Shown here piece by piece: positions 13,727-25,523 of a DNA stretch of 64,000 bases. The translations under genes were made by a program, and so were the position numbers. The stretch is taken from contig OZ037766.1 of assembly GCA_964035545.1 (NCBI GenBank), forward strand, positions 27,635,673 to 27,699,672, given 5' to 3'. The notes under the pieces were generated by a model. The model was not told where the DNA came from, made no database searches, and was given only the letters and a program-made list of their open reading frames with translations. The DNA comes from Bugula neritina. Its lineage: Eukaryota > Animalia > Bryozoa. Every line of letters begins with the position of its first letter. Position 1 is the first letter of the stretch.

Positions 13727-16030
13727 TGACTACTACTGCTACTGCTACTACTACTGCTACTGCTACTACCACTACCACCACTACTACTACCACTGCTACC
13801 ACCACCACCTAACTGTTGCCACTGGAGTTGTTTAATTTTATTAGTTATGTTTGTCAGATCTATCCGTCCCTTCACTGCCAAAGGAATACAAAAACGTAGA
13901 CTCTTGGCTAAGTTGCCCTTCCTTAAAGAGTTGCCTATTCTTGCGTTTTTAAAATCAAGAGGAAACAAATCCAGATACGCTCATCCAAGGGATTCCCATA
14001 TCAGAACTTCAGTTAGTATATTTTCATTGTCTATTCTAGCTCTAACCGAATTAGAATGAGATAGTCAGGTGTGATAATTATAGAATGCCTTTTGTTGTGC
14101 ATTTTTTCGAATTTTCAGTCTTAAACAGCCATTAGATGATGTTTTTTAGGCTAAAACTGCTTATCATAATAAATCATTGCAGCTATTATACTTAGTAAAT
14201 CTAGTATATTTATATTTAACCTGGTTGGTCCCATGCCTTCTGTGTGCCATTGTACATGTACACAATTATTGTATGTATAGGTAGTGGACTCATGGAAAGA
14301 TTCATCTTCCCCTGATACTACTACACCTATCAACTCTTCAGATGTAAGTAGGAGTTATCAGTCTCTGACAAGTATATCAAGTGCTTGCTGGATGTCCAAT
14401 CATAACAATACTGCTAGTTTAGATAATCAGCTAATGTACTGTTTAAGTATGCCACTGCATATAGTTTAGGTTGTCACACTGCTTGCAAACATCTGACATA
14501 TTGGATTTCAGGTTATGCAAGACACAACAGCTAATATACTTTTAGCTTTGCCTCTTAGAATGCGGTATTATCATTACATATGAATACTATTTATAACACA
14601 AGTCTTCTTTATAGTTGTTACTAACTTTAAAGAGAAGGTGATTACTAGCATGATGATGAAATTACATATGATTATTATAACACAAGTGTTTAAAGAGAAG
14701 AAAATTACTAAAGTGAGCACTGATTTTCAAGATCAGATTTTGTATGAATGATAGTTTTGTTTGAAGATAGCTGGTAATTATACAGCCAACATTGCTAGTT
14801 GTTCTGATACAGTTGTGTTGTATGAAAAGGTGCGGAGGTTGGCTAAGGAACTAGAAAAGCCCCACATATACCACCACCTGGCTACAGGGTCTAAGCATCT
14901 GGCAACAGATTGCACTCCGGTGGTGGTAGAAGAGTATACTATGGAGACAGAGAGACCCATGGTACGCTAGTCTATTAGTATAATATACCTACTAGTCTAT
15001 TAGTATAGTATACCTACTAGTCTATTAGTATAATATACCTACTAGTCTATTAGTATAGTATACCTACTAGTCTATTAGTATAATATACCTGCTAGTCTAT
15101 TAGTATAATATACCTGCTAGTCTATTAGTATAATATACCTGCTAGTCTATTAGTAAAATATACCTGCTAGTCTATTAGTATAATATACCTACTAGTCTAC
15201 TCTGGAGAAAATTTAAAAGTTGATTTTGTACTCAGATTTAACCTTGACCTGATATAATAATGCAGCTACTCTGACTTCCGTTGAAGCAAACATTCAGCCA
15301 ACAATTTCCGCTTGACCTTGCACCTTGTTGATTTTTAAACCGAATGCCAAGGTCAACTCGATAGCTGTTGCAGAGACTTTCTGTGACTTTCAGGGAAAGT
15401 TACACAGAAGTAGACTCGTCATTTTAAAGAAGCCTTCTGAAGATAAATATATCGGGGAGCTACACATAGACCGAAGTGAATACAGTTCTAATAAATGTGT
15501 GTTTGAGTTGGGTACGGCACCACTCAAGGACAAATACATCAGTCAGTTTATTGAGATCTTCACGGAGGAGGGACGCAGACAGGTAACCCTGTAACAATGC
15601 AGCTGTTCTGGTGGTCTAAGGCTATAAATTTGATTTTAATTCACCGTCTGAGTTTGAATATAGTACGGAATTTTTACTGTTCACTAAATTTAAAACCTTG
15701 AATATTGCTTGTTTTTACTTAAGTGTCTGTTCCATAATTTTAAGGTCTAAAACTTAGAGCAACGGAGAGCAGAATTGATTATAAAATATTTCATTTATTT
15801 ATCCATTCACATCAATTTGGTCCTACAATCATCTTGTGCTCATGGCGTGTATTGATTGTTTTATTGGTAAAATTCTAGTAATAAAACCTCCAATTGAATA
15901 AGACTTCCCCTAAAATTTGCTACAATATATTTGTATACAGCATTTTTTATATGATACATCAGTTACAATATACTGTTACAATATACTTTCTATGACATGT
16001 TTGTGTACAATATATTTATACACAAATATT

Positions 16031-16107
<77 letters not shown>

Positions 16108-19100
16108 ATATTATTATTATCTATTATTGTATATTTTATATCTGTCATGTATTCATCACACTTTGCAGGTTAAGATTGTGCATAGTTTACCCGGGCAGAC
16201 ACCTAAGGTGGTCTACACTTCTGGTACGGCTGGCCAAATCAGCTTGTCACAGTCCTCTACCGCCCTGACTGCGTCCCAGAATGTCGTACATATTACCGCG
16301 GGTACATCCTCTAGCGCACCAGCGGGCAACCAATCAGGGAGCAGATTATCAACAGAAACTCCGCCTACTATTAGATTATCTGCTGACAACCAATCAGCTA
16401 TCAAGTTTTCTCTTTCATCTCAGGCATCTGCCCTTTCAAACTCCCTGCAACAACAAGGTTAGTTTACTCTAGTGCAAATTAGTTAGTATTTCTTGAGAGT
16501 TGTTATGGCGCTATTTAGTAAATAAATGTAAAGTTTATGGCTGACTAATCACTATTTGAAACAGAAAAGTATGCCCACAAACAAATCTGTATGCTCATAG
16601 CACCCTTTCCACAGAGTTTTCACAGTTGGGTTGTGATGGTCCGGTCATGCTAAGTATTGTTTCCCGTGGATAGTGTTAACGACTGACTTATAAGATGCCT
16701 GCTGCTTAGAAAATGCGTAACGCAACTGGTTGCTCTTTATATTTCTCACAAGTTTGTACTGTAATGCTATGTATTAGAAATTTGGTAATGTGAAAAGTAC
16801 TAACTTTTGTTTGTTGGTATATAGTAAGTGTACATTACCTATTACTTACCTTTAATACACTACCTATTACTTACACATACCAATATGTACATTTAATTAT
16901 AACTTACACATACCACTATATACACTTACCTATGACTTACATATACCACTATATACACTTACCTATGACTTACATATACCACTATGTACACTTACCTATG
17001 ACTTACATATACCACTATGTACACTTACCTACTCTGCATGATGCAGGTGAATCTCACAACTCCGCCCACTCTCTGTCCTCAACAGATAGCAGTGGAGCCT
17101 CATTGGTGCTCGCAAGACAAGGGTTGAAGATTCAAGGAGCACTACTTCCTTCAGCACAGACCCCTCAGCCTACTGGTATGGCTGATTTTAGTTGCTGTAG
17201 CACAGTGTCACACAATTTATTGATCAATCAGCTGGTAGATGGACAACTTTCTAATATCTGAATAAAAACATAAACATGCTTTTTAAGAGAGGATTTTAGA
17301 AACTAGAAGATTTTTGCATTTTTTATGAAGCTCTTTCTCATGTTACATCCATCGTTATATTTGATTTTCCAATTACTGCTCATCGCCATGTTTTTAGTCA
17401 TATTCTCACAACTAATATGATTTCTCTGTACAGTTTTCTTTCATGTGTTGAGCTGATGAATGTTTATAATAATCACAGAAAGCAAAATTTGTTATCTCGG
17501 AGAGGCATTACATGGTTTATTATCCGCTAACGAGTTTTGTGTGATCTTCTGTTACTAGATTCCCAGTCTGTGACTGCTCTCAAAGACAAGCTCACCTCAA
17601 TACACACCATTAAAGGTGCCGTAGCTGCTAAGCAGTCGGGTGCAGGAAACATGGCCGGTCTGGGCAAGACCACTCTGCTCATGTCTCGCTCTGGTGGCAC
17701 TACTCAACTGGCCCAGCTCTCTGGTAACCAGACCCACAAGTTGATAGGTGAGTTGTTGACTGTAATGTGTGGGGTGTTGACTGTATTCTTTGGGGTGTTG
17801 ACTGTAATGTCTGGGGTGTTGACTGTAACGTGTGAGGTGTTGACTGTAATGTCTGGGGTGCTGCCTGTACTGTGTGGGGTGTTGACTGTAATGTCTGGGG
17901 TGTTGACTGTAATGTCTGGGGTGTTGAGTGTAGTGTGTGGGGTATTGACTGTAATGCTCAGATGTTGACTGTAGTAATCAAGTCCTTCCTGAGTGCTGGT
18001 ATTTTTTACAGGCATCCAAACCTCTACTCCTTCATCATCCACCATCAACATACAGAATGTAACTGGGCTACAGACTGTACAAGGTCTACCCAACGTTCAA
18101 GTGTCCCTGACCAGCCTCGGTCAGGGTGGCATCGCTGTGCCCGTCTCATTGATTGGTGGGGTGCCTGGAAACCAGCCTATCTTTCTAAGTGGTCCTCTTT
18201 CTATGGTGGAAACAGCAAGGAATTCACAACACCTACAAGTAGGTTTATGCTTCACGGGTAGTAATGACAAGCAATGTATTATGTAATATGATGTGAGTCA
18301 AGCTTTTTAATCCAGGATAGCACGGCAGTATCATTCACTTACCAGAAAAGCGAAAGGGGGGAGGAAGAAGGGGGGGGGGGGTTGTAGCTGGTGATCAGTT
18401 TGGTGGCAGATTTATTTTCTTTAATATTTGTGTTTTGGTATTTGTTAAAAAGCAACAATTTTATTGACACTCGTCATTGTCAATGGCGTTAAAAAGGTGA
18501 AAAATGTATTGACAATTGCAGATTGGTGAAGCAGATTGTGTGTTATATTGTTTTATGTTTTTAATGTTCCTTCATTGTAATTAGTATCCTGGGTATATTT
18601 TTCAATCTTTTGGCTGTGTTATGAACCTCTTGAAGTATTGTCTCCTAGTGTATAATGAAAGCATCATTAAGCCTAGGGCCACACTGTGCGTATTTTCGCA
18701 TGCGAAAATTAAAATCACGAGTAGCAAAGGTGTCCACTGTAGCGTCAGTGATGCGTGATAAATAAAGCTTTCATTTTTAAATCGCACTCGCTTTCAATAA
18801 AACGCAATTTACTGGAATATAGCACTAAATAAAGAAATTGGGCTCGCTGAATAGCTACCAGCCAATTAGGTGACGACGACAGAGACGATTCGCACTTGCG
18901 TTGAAAATGCAGAGCGACAAGTGCGAAGGTTTTCTCAACGCGCACAGTGGACACCTTTGCTACTTGTGATTTCAATTTTCGCATGCGAAAATACGCACCG
19001 TGTGGCCCTAGGCTAAGATGTGTATGAATACAATTTGTCCATTGTCAGTATGCAGCACTGGATCCATAAAGAAAATCTAGGATTTGTAGCACAAATACAG

Positions 19101-20590
19101 CCTTTCTTAGAATATTAAGTTGTGATATAGGGCATTATAAATCTGGTATGTATATGGTGTACTGTGCCTTACCATGTTTCACACATTTTATCATGATAAC
19201 GAATAACATAGATTCAGCTTTGTTGTAATTTTACTTAACCAATCATAACTCTTGAACTATTATAGACGTCACAAGCTGGCCAATCATCTACTTCAACTTT
19301 GACCTCTCGACCCATCGTCGTGACAACCCAAGGTTTGTTGTTTTACCTGATCTAAGAGAGTTATACCGTATTATCTATCAGACAATCCGACTGCTGCAAA
19401 ACTTGTGTGTATTTTCAGCTGGCTCCAACCAGCAGCTCCTGGCTGGTCACCAGGGACTGATCACGCTGCCGGTGACCTCAGCTCTTGCTCAGCAGATACT
19501 TGCTGCCAACAAACAGCGACAAAACCTTCAACAGTCTCAGCAGCAGTTTAATGTTGTCAGCACCCAACAAGTGCCCGGTCAGCAAGTTTTAGCCAATCAG
19601 CAAGGCTCGCAGCTCACTGGTAACGTCAAGCAGACTGGAATACAAATAGGTCAAATGTTAGCCAATCAACAAAGGCCTATTCAAATCAGTCACTTACCAG
19701 CTAATCAGCAAGCTTCTAACATACAGATTAGTCATCAGATAATAGCACAGCACTCTGGGAATGTTCAAGCTAGATCTTCTCAACCTGTTAGTGTTTCGGT
19801 CAGTATATCTGATTCTTTGTTTGGATTTATATGTCTGCATGTATATGTATCAGATATAATATATAGTAATAATAACTTTTATATGTAGCTATTGTAAATC
19901 TTTTGATGAAGAAAGCTTTATAGAGTACCTTTCCCAAGTTTCAAAATTAACTTGTTTAAAATAAACAAATATTTGTAAGGAGCTGATCAAAGCAGTATTG
20001 TTTTAATTGATTGATGTTATATTAAGCTAAAAAATTCTTTATGAATATTTTAATTGCTTGCTTATTGAAGCGTTTAGACATTAGTGATGATATTTATATG
20101 TATATCTCAAGATCCACTCTTGTAGAGGTCAAATAACATGCAAGTATTCCATCAAGCCAACATCTTACAAACACCACAGTCTTCTTCCCAGGTACAAGTG
20201 TACTTTACTAAATATATAAATAGTCCACTTCTCATCTCATCAACTTATCCTAAGGTTGATCTTCAGCCAACTGTGTTTAAAATGTAAATTATTATTATGT
20301 AATTTTTGGGAGTTGCCCCTTCTGATGCAGAGTCATATTGGATTTCCTTGTAACTAATTAACAAAGTATACTCAACTGCAGTTTATCACAAAGTATTGTG
20401 TTGACAGGTGACACCTCAGCATATTAACATTATCTCCTCCAATCAAACTGGTCAGTCAGCTATTGGCAGTGCCCAGCAGGTGCTCCACATACCCCAACAG
20501 TCACAGAGACCAAACCAGCAGCAGAAGGTTATGTTCCGGCAGATTGGATCACCCAACACCGAGGAGTATAATCAACCTCCTCTGCAATGA
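10585..20590 (+). CDS. SUPT20H: Transcription factor SPT20 homolog (SAGA complex subunit)
   Basis: About 18 exons: 10585-10650, 11123-11251, 11652-11798, 12101-12136, 12494-12640, 13064-13257, 13858-14011, 14281-14343, 14830-14961, 15394-15582, 16169-16457, 17047-17175, 17559-17747, 18012-18238, 19266-19332, 19419-19798, 20126-20191, 20408-20590. Spt20 domain motifs: NTLVINLKPLEQGYS..ETINLPYTETELLDCIEQEEIPPTIVDLLE..FYDGCVIAEVRD, ILESKLLLATSEPLCLDPTPAV, YISQFIEIFTEEGRR. The tail is Q/S/T-rich low complexity. Confidence 0.95.
11478..11590. repeat. ~34-bp tandem repeat, about 3 copies
   Basis: CTAAGGTGCATTCTAAGACAGGCTCTGTTGTGTT and variants. Confidence 0.75.
12685..13013. repeat. Degenerate (ACT/GCT/ACC)n trinucleotide repeat, intronic
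   Basis: Lies between the SUPT20H donor at 12641 and the acceptor at 13063. Confidence 0.92.
13457..13535 (-). mobile_element. Degenerate copy of the same tRNA-derived SINE
   Basis: Shares CTGGATGCTCTTCCTAAC exactly with 48571-48588. Downstream ATGAACTCG..TTACTA..CTCTAACCCCTA aligns loosely with ATGACTTCG..TTACTA..CTTTAGCCCCTA. Confidence 0.55.
13538..13809. repeat. (CTA)n trinucleotide microsatellite, intronic
   Basis: Direct run with CTG/CCA variants. Confidence 0.95.
14967..15199. repeat. 25-bp minisatellite, about 9 copies
   Basis: CTAGTCTATTAGTATAATATACCT(A/G). Starts 5 nt after the donor GT at 14962. Confidence 0.95.
16033..16101. repeat. (TA)n microsatellite
   Basis: Direct. Confidence 0.95.
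16890..17031. repeat. 33-bp minisatellite, about 4 copies
   Basis: ACACTTACCTATGACTTACATATACCACTAT(A/G)T. Ends ~15 nt before the acceptor at 17046. Confidence 0.88.
17753..17975. repeat. 21-bp minisatellite, about 10 copies, filling most of an intron
   Basis: GTTGACTGTAATGTCTGGGGT and variants. Confidence 0.92.
18671..19013. mobile_element. MITE (~343 bp), Tourist/PIF-Harbinger-like, in a SUPT20H intron
   Basis: Near-perfect TIRs of ~70 bp: GCCTAGGGCCACACTGTGCGTATTTTCGCATGCGAAAATT..GTAGCAAAGGTGTCCACTGT and its reverse complement at the right end. TAA flanks both sides (3-bp TSD). No coding capacity. Confidence 0.88.
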
Positions 20591-22201
20591 TCTCCTATTC
20601 ATGGATAAATCTCTAGTCTTGTTGCAGCCAGCTGCATTTAAACTGAAAGTTGTCTTCTCTTTATAAATAATCTTTTTAAAGCTTTTCCTTGATGGTGGTA
20701 TTTCTTCAACAGTGTATCTGAGCTCAGGTTCTATTGTTGGCGTGAATATTTATAACTCAGTCAACTATTAAGTAGCAACAGTATCAGCTACTGTAACTGA
20801 TAATCATCAAACACGGTTCATTTAGTTGTAATTGACGTCTTTTTACCTTCAACTTTGGATTTTTTAAGCTCAATACTTGGCAGGGTTGGAAGCTTTTTCA
20901 GAGGTTCATATATAGTCATCGTAATTTTTTTTTAAATGAAGCAGTCGTTTTCCAAGCTGTAAGCTTGTATAAATTTTTTTGTTCATTTTTATTGTAAATG
21001 TATGCTATGAGAAAAATCCACTTCTTGGTTTGTTTTTAAAAATATGCCTTTGCTTAAACGATTCGTTGGCCTTATTTTTGGCCATTTTATAACCTGATTA
21101 TTGTAGGCTATCAAATTTTTAGGTAAAAAAGTTTATGTAAATATTTTTTGTATTCAGATATAAAAATATTGAATGGAATTGTACAGTTTTTTCTGACATG
21201 TCAGTTTGATATTGTAGGATACTTAGCGTATTATGTTTACATGTTATGGTTATACTATGTATTGCAACTACTCATACCGAATCAATGACAGCTGTCACCT
21301 ACAGAATTTTGCTGATTTTTTTTTCACTTTTCTCAATTTTATATATTTAATACAACATAGGTAATAAACTTAGCAAACATAAATTAAATTTATATGATGT
21401 TTTTAAAAAATAGTTTCAGCCTTTTAGGACTTTGCAAACTAATCGTTTTTACTTATTGAAAAATTGTGCTAATTTGCATATCTTTGGTATAGTCACATTC
21501 TGTAAATAAATGCCATAAAACTTGAAAATAATTGAGAAACTATTATCATAAGACCATGGCTAAAATATGCACACATACTGGGTGTATTATTTGTATGGTA
21601 ACCTTGTGTAGAACTTAAGAAGAGACAACTCCGTGATACACAAACACACTTTTTTATTAGTCCGAACTGTAAATAAGAACACGCAAAAGTCATACATGAT
21701 GTATTTCCAATAAAACTAAGTACTACTGCAGTAGATTAACTACATTAGTTCCTTCTACTCGCATTGCGATTGTAAACACAATCACGCTAATACTCAGTCA
21801 TGCACTCCTAAGTCATAGTACAACTGCAAGTGTTGATAAATATTTACTATAACAACCAGCCTTCTTGTTTCAGAATTAAAATCTTGAAATTAAACAAAGC
21901 AATATATTCTTACAAACTATGAATATATTAATGATCGTTAAACAATTATCATATAATATTATAATTATTATTATAATATTAACTATAACTATAAGTATAA
22001 CTATAAGTATAACTATAACTATAAGTATACGCATAAGTATACGATTACATTTACTCTCAACTTGAATTTTTATGTTTTAGTTTAAATTAAAATTAACTTC
22101 AAGTACTACTACTAGTGTACGACTATTACATTTACTGAGTATAACCTATTACTATTAGGCTATTTGTCAATTACAATATAAATATCAGTATGAATATGAA
22201 T

Positions 22202-22270
22202 CATTTTGATTATATTCATATTTTTAATGCTGTTACTAACAGCATTAAAAATATGAATATAATCAAAATG
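22202..22270. repeat. Perfect 34-bp inverted repeat with 1-nt spacer
   Basis: CATTTTGATTATATTCATATTTTTAATGCTGTTA c TAACAGCATTAAAAATATGAATATAATCAAAATG. Confidence 0.93.
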
Positions 22271-22651
22271 TGTTAGTGACTGTTAGTGTTATTGACAAAT
22301 AATTTTTCAAACTTCAAATAAAATGCTTATAATATAAATAAAATATTAATTGAATTATTAATATAATAAGTTTAACTAATAAGTTACAAAATTATTCAAA
22401 AAATGTTTGTTTTTGTCATTCTATGATGTGGTCGGCAATGATTATCACTCTGAAATTTCATCAATATCATAATCATTATAATTTATTGAAATATATAATT
22501 ATCGTTATTATCAATCTATAAATACAAATTAAAATTGTAATTAACAATATAATATTTGGGATAAAGCAATAACAAATAGCCTTCATCTGTCTGGTTTTTT
22601 ACAAGTTATGTTTCAATATAATCATCGATTAAATTTAATTTGTAGGTAAAC

Positions 22652-24069
22652 ATGGCAGAACCATCATTAAAACCACTAGAGCCCACAGGTACCATCATAG
22701 ATGAGTTTGAAGACGCATTCCATTCGGTGTGCAAGTATTTGGATCAGGTACGTCTTGAAACACTTATTGGTAACCAAGCTGTCATTACTCTAAGGATTGG
22801 TCAATAAATTGCATATGATTTGCTGATATACTTGCTCGATAAGACCACACTATACATAGCTGCATCAGTATCTTAGATGTTTATACTTGTAAATTGTAGA
22901 TTGATGACAAGAAACCACATATGGAGGATATAAAGAGAGATGCTGACGTTTTGGTCAGCAGATTCATTGATGCCGGGCGAACTTGTGAACAGTATTTCTT
23001 ACAAAAGCATATTCAGGTAAACACATGCTGTTGCTACACAGTTTTGATCATGAACTATTTTTCTTTTTTATATAGAAGTTTAAAATTTGCAAATTTTTAC
23101 TTGTGTTCTAGTAGCTTGGTAATTATGTGCTTCTCATTAATATATTGTTTATTGCAACTCTCAAGAGCATGAAATTATGCATTATTAATGATATATTTTG
23201 AAGTACAACACTCCTACTTTATACTATTAATGCACAGATTGTTTGTAAATGTTGCAACTTATTAAATAATATTTCAATATCCAAGAGTTATGTTTGGCAG
23301 ATCGCCAACGCAAAGCCCGAACAAGTACTCAAAGAAGAATGTAATGAGTTGAGGCAGGAAATCACCAGAAAAGATGCTGCTATTGAAAGACATTATGAAA
23401 AGTAGGTCAATTATAACCACATGGTGTGCTATCATTCATAACAAATTAGGGTCATTTTTTCTAGCCATTACATCTCCGTCTCAAAAGTCATATATACTCT
23501 ATTCACCAACATAGCAATTATATATCATAAAAATTTTGAATACTCATTAAGAGTAAATACTTGAGCACCATTCTCTCTTTTTACCAGTGAAACTAGTGGT
23601 ATGATTTGGTTCACTTGTAGAAAAGCTCTGCTAATTCTCTTGTAATAAATTTTTTTGAAGCAGGTTTATCCTGGAGAATATGAATTCTGTCTTGCAGAAA
23701 CAAGTCTTGTTGAAGCGCCATTTATTTTCTACATAGTGACATGAGAAGTCTTTGTCCTCATTTAAATCCTAACCCATTGCAAACTGCATTGTTTTTATGC
23801 TATATACCCTTGCAAAATGTTTTATCGTTATAAGTTCATTTCTCTAAACTCATTATAATATGGTATTCAATGACTGTAACCGCTAATCGCAATCATCACT
23901 AAATGGGTTTAAGAAGTTGTGATTTGTTGAGCTAAGTTTGCTATTGTTTAGATTGAGAAGCTGGCAAGAAACACTTAAGCCTACTGCTGCTTCCAGAAAC
24001 CCCCAATCTAAACCTGGTCAACTTAGTAGAACTGGAGCTTCTTACAATGTCCATTCTCAGCCATCTTGA
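22652..24069 (+). CDS. MED28: Mediator complex subunit 28
   Basis: Exons 22652-22747, 22900-23016, 23301-23401 and 23952-24069 give TIIDEFEDAFHSVC..RFIDAGRTCEQYFLQKHIQIANAKPEQVLKEECNELRQEITRKDAAIERHYEKLRSWQETL, which matches the MED28 core as I recall it. An acceptor (tgtag at 22645) just before the ATG suggests a 5'UTR intron. Confidence 0.93.
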
Positions 24070-25523
24070 CATACTCTCTCACAATAAGACTGTTTGCCTA
24101 AGTATAATCTGTATATATAATTAAATTGCACTTATTTAGGATTGTGTAGAAAATATTTGATAAGACACATCATCTGTACAAATATAATTGATAGAGAGCT
24201 GTGCTGTACTTTGCATAGTGTGTTAGCAGCTTATCTCTAGTTATTTCTTCTCATACCCTCATTTTTGCCTTTTGTATTAAACTTTGTACATATTGTTTCG
24301 AGAGTAAATATATTATGTAAATTTGAGTTTCAGAGTTTTCTTTTGCTATTTTTGCGTAGATCTTGCTTTAAATATCTAGTGCTACATTCACCCACAATCT
24401 CCAGACCATATGTTACATCTCTGAATATTTACTTAAAAAATAGTGTGAGATGGTGGAAGATTGCATTATAGGGCATTCTTATATTATAAATTTCGTTTGC
24501 AGTATTGAAAAATGTTAATATGCATATATTGCGGCCTAAATGGCATCCTTTTCGCACTATATTGGTACTAGCCTGAATTTTAGCAGCGGGATTGTTTGCA
24601 TGCATCTCAAAACAATCATCTTTAGTTGCAAAGGTTTTGTGAAGAATCGATGTTGACCCTGCCTACTCCACATGCATCCAAATGAGTGCTCTATCTAAGT
24701 TATGCCTAGTATTCTAGCATAGTTTTTGTAGATAGGAATTACTTTCTCATACTTTTTGTGTTTGTGTATCACCTGTGGAAAGCTGTGATGGTAGGCAGAT
24801 ACTTATATCTACAAATTCTAACTTCTATTTTTAGCAAATTTACTAATTGGTGTCACTTATGCACAATAGTGTGTCTCAAAATATAAATATATTGTTTTCG
24901 CAAGTATAAATAGGCTGATTATCAAAATTTTGACTGATTTTGTATCAATTAGTACTGTGTAAAAGTTTTAGTTCAACAGATTTCTTAATTCATTGCTTAT
25001 GGTGAGTTATTCGCTTGCAGGAATCAGTTTTGTGTACATCCTGTCATTTACTATGACAAGTACTATGACAAGCATTATATTAGGTCACCCCTTTATCATG
25101 ACACTCATACTAAAGTGCCTTCATTTTGACATGTTCATAACACATACTTTGACACCTTCTTTATAACACTTTTTATTATGGAACTTTCATGTTGACACTT
25201 TTTATTATGATACCTCCATGACACATTAGCAGTGCTGTAGTAACATCCTAATGTACTGTGAAGCTGTGCTGTGAAAGTCTCTTTCAATATCTTAGTGTAT
25301 CTAACTTGTCTTATCTCTTTCTTTGGTAATTATCTAATCTCATGTTTACACAGCATCTGGGGAGGACTTAAATTATCTTACAGATAATAGATATCAGAAT
25401 CTACCACATAAAGAAATGGGTGGTTACATGCCCCTCTCCTTCCAGTATATTTGTGGGGTTGAAGCTAAGGCTAAGAAATTCATGAACTTTGTCTTGTGTT
25501 TTGGTTGTCGGTAATTTGCCAAG

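Noticed and set aside
12634-13968. Poly-Thr mucin-like, poly-Val, poly-Tyr and poly-Ser ORFs
   Set aside because: They are trinucleotide repeats inside SUPT20H introns; the flanking exons splice in frame without them.
17704-18093. ITVNTPD-repeat ORF resembling an ice-binding or solenoid protein
   Set aside because: It is the antisense reading of an intronic 21-bp minisatellite.
18355-18382. G-rich tract as a G-quadruplex
   Set aside because: It is mostly a single homopolymer run with no supporting evidence of function.
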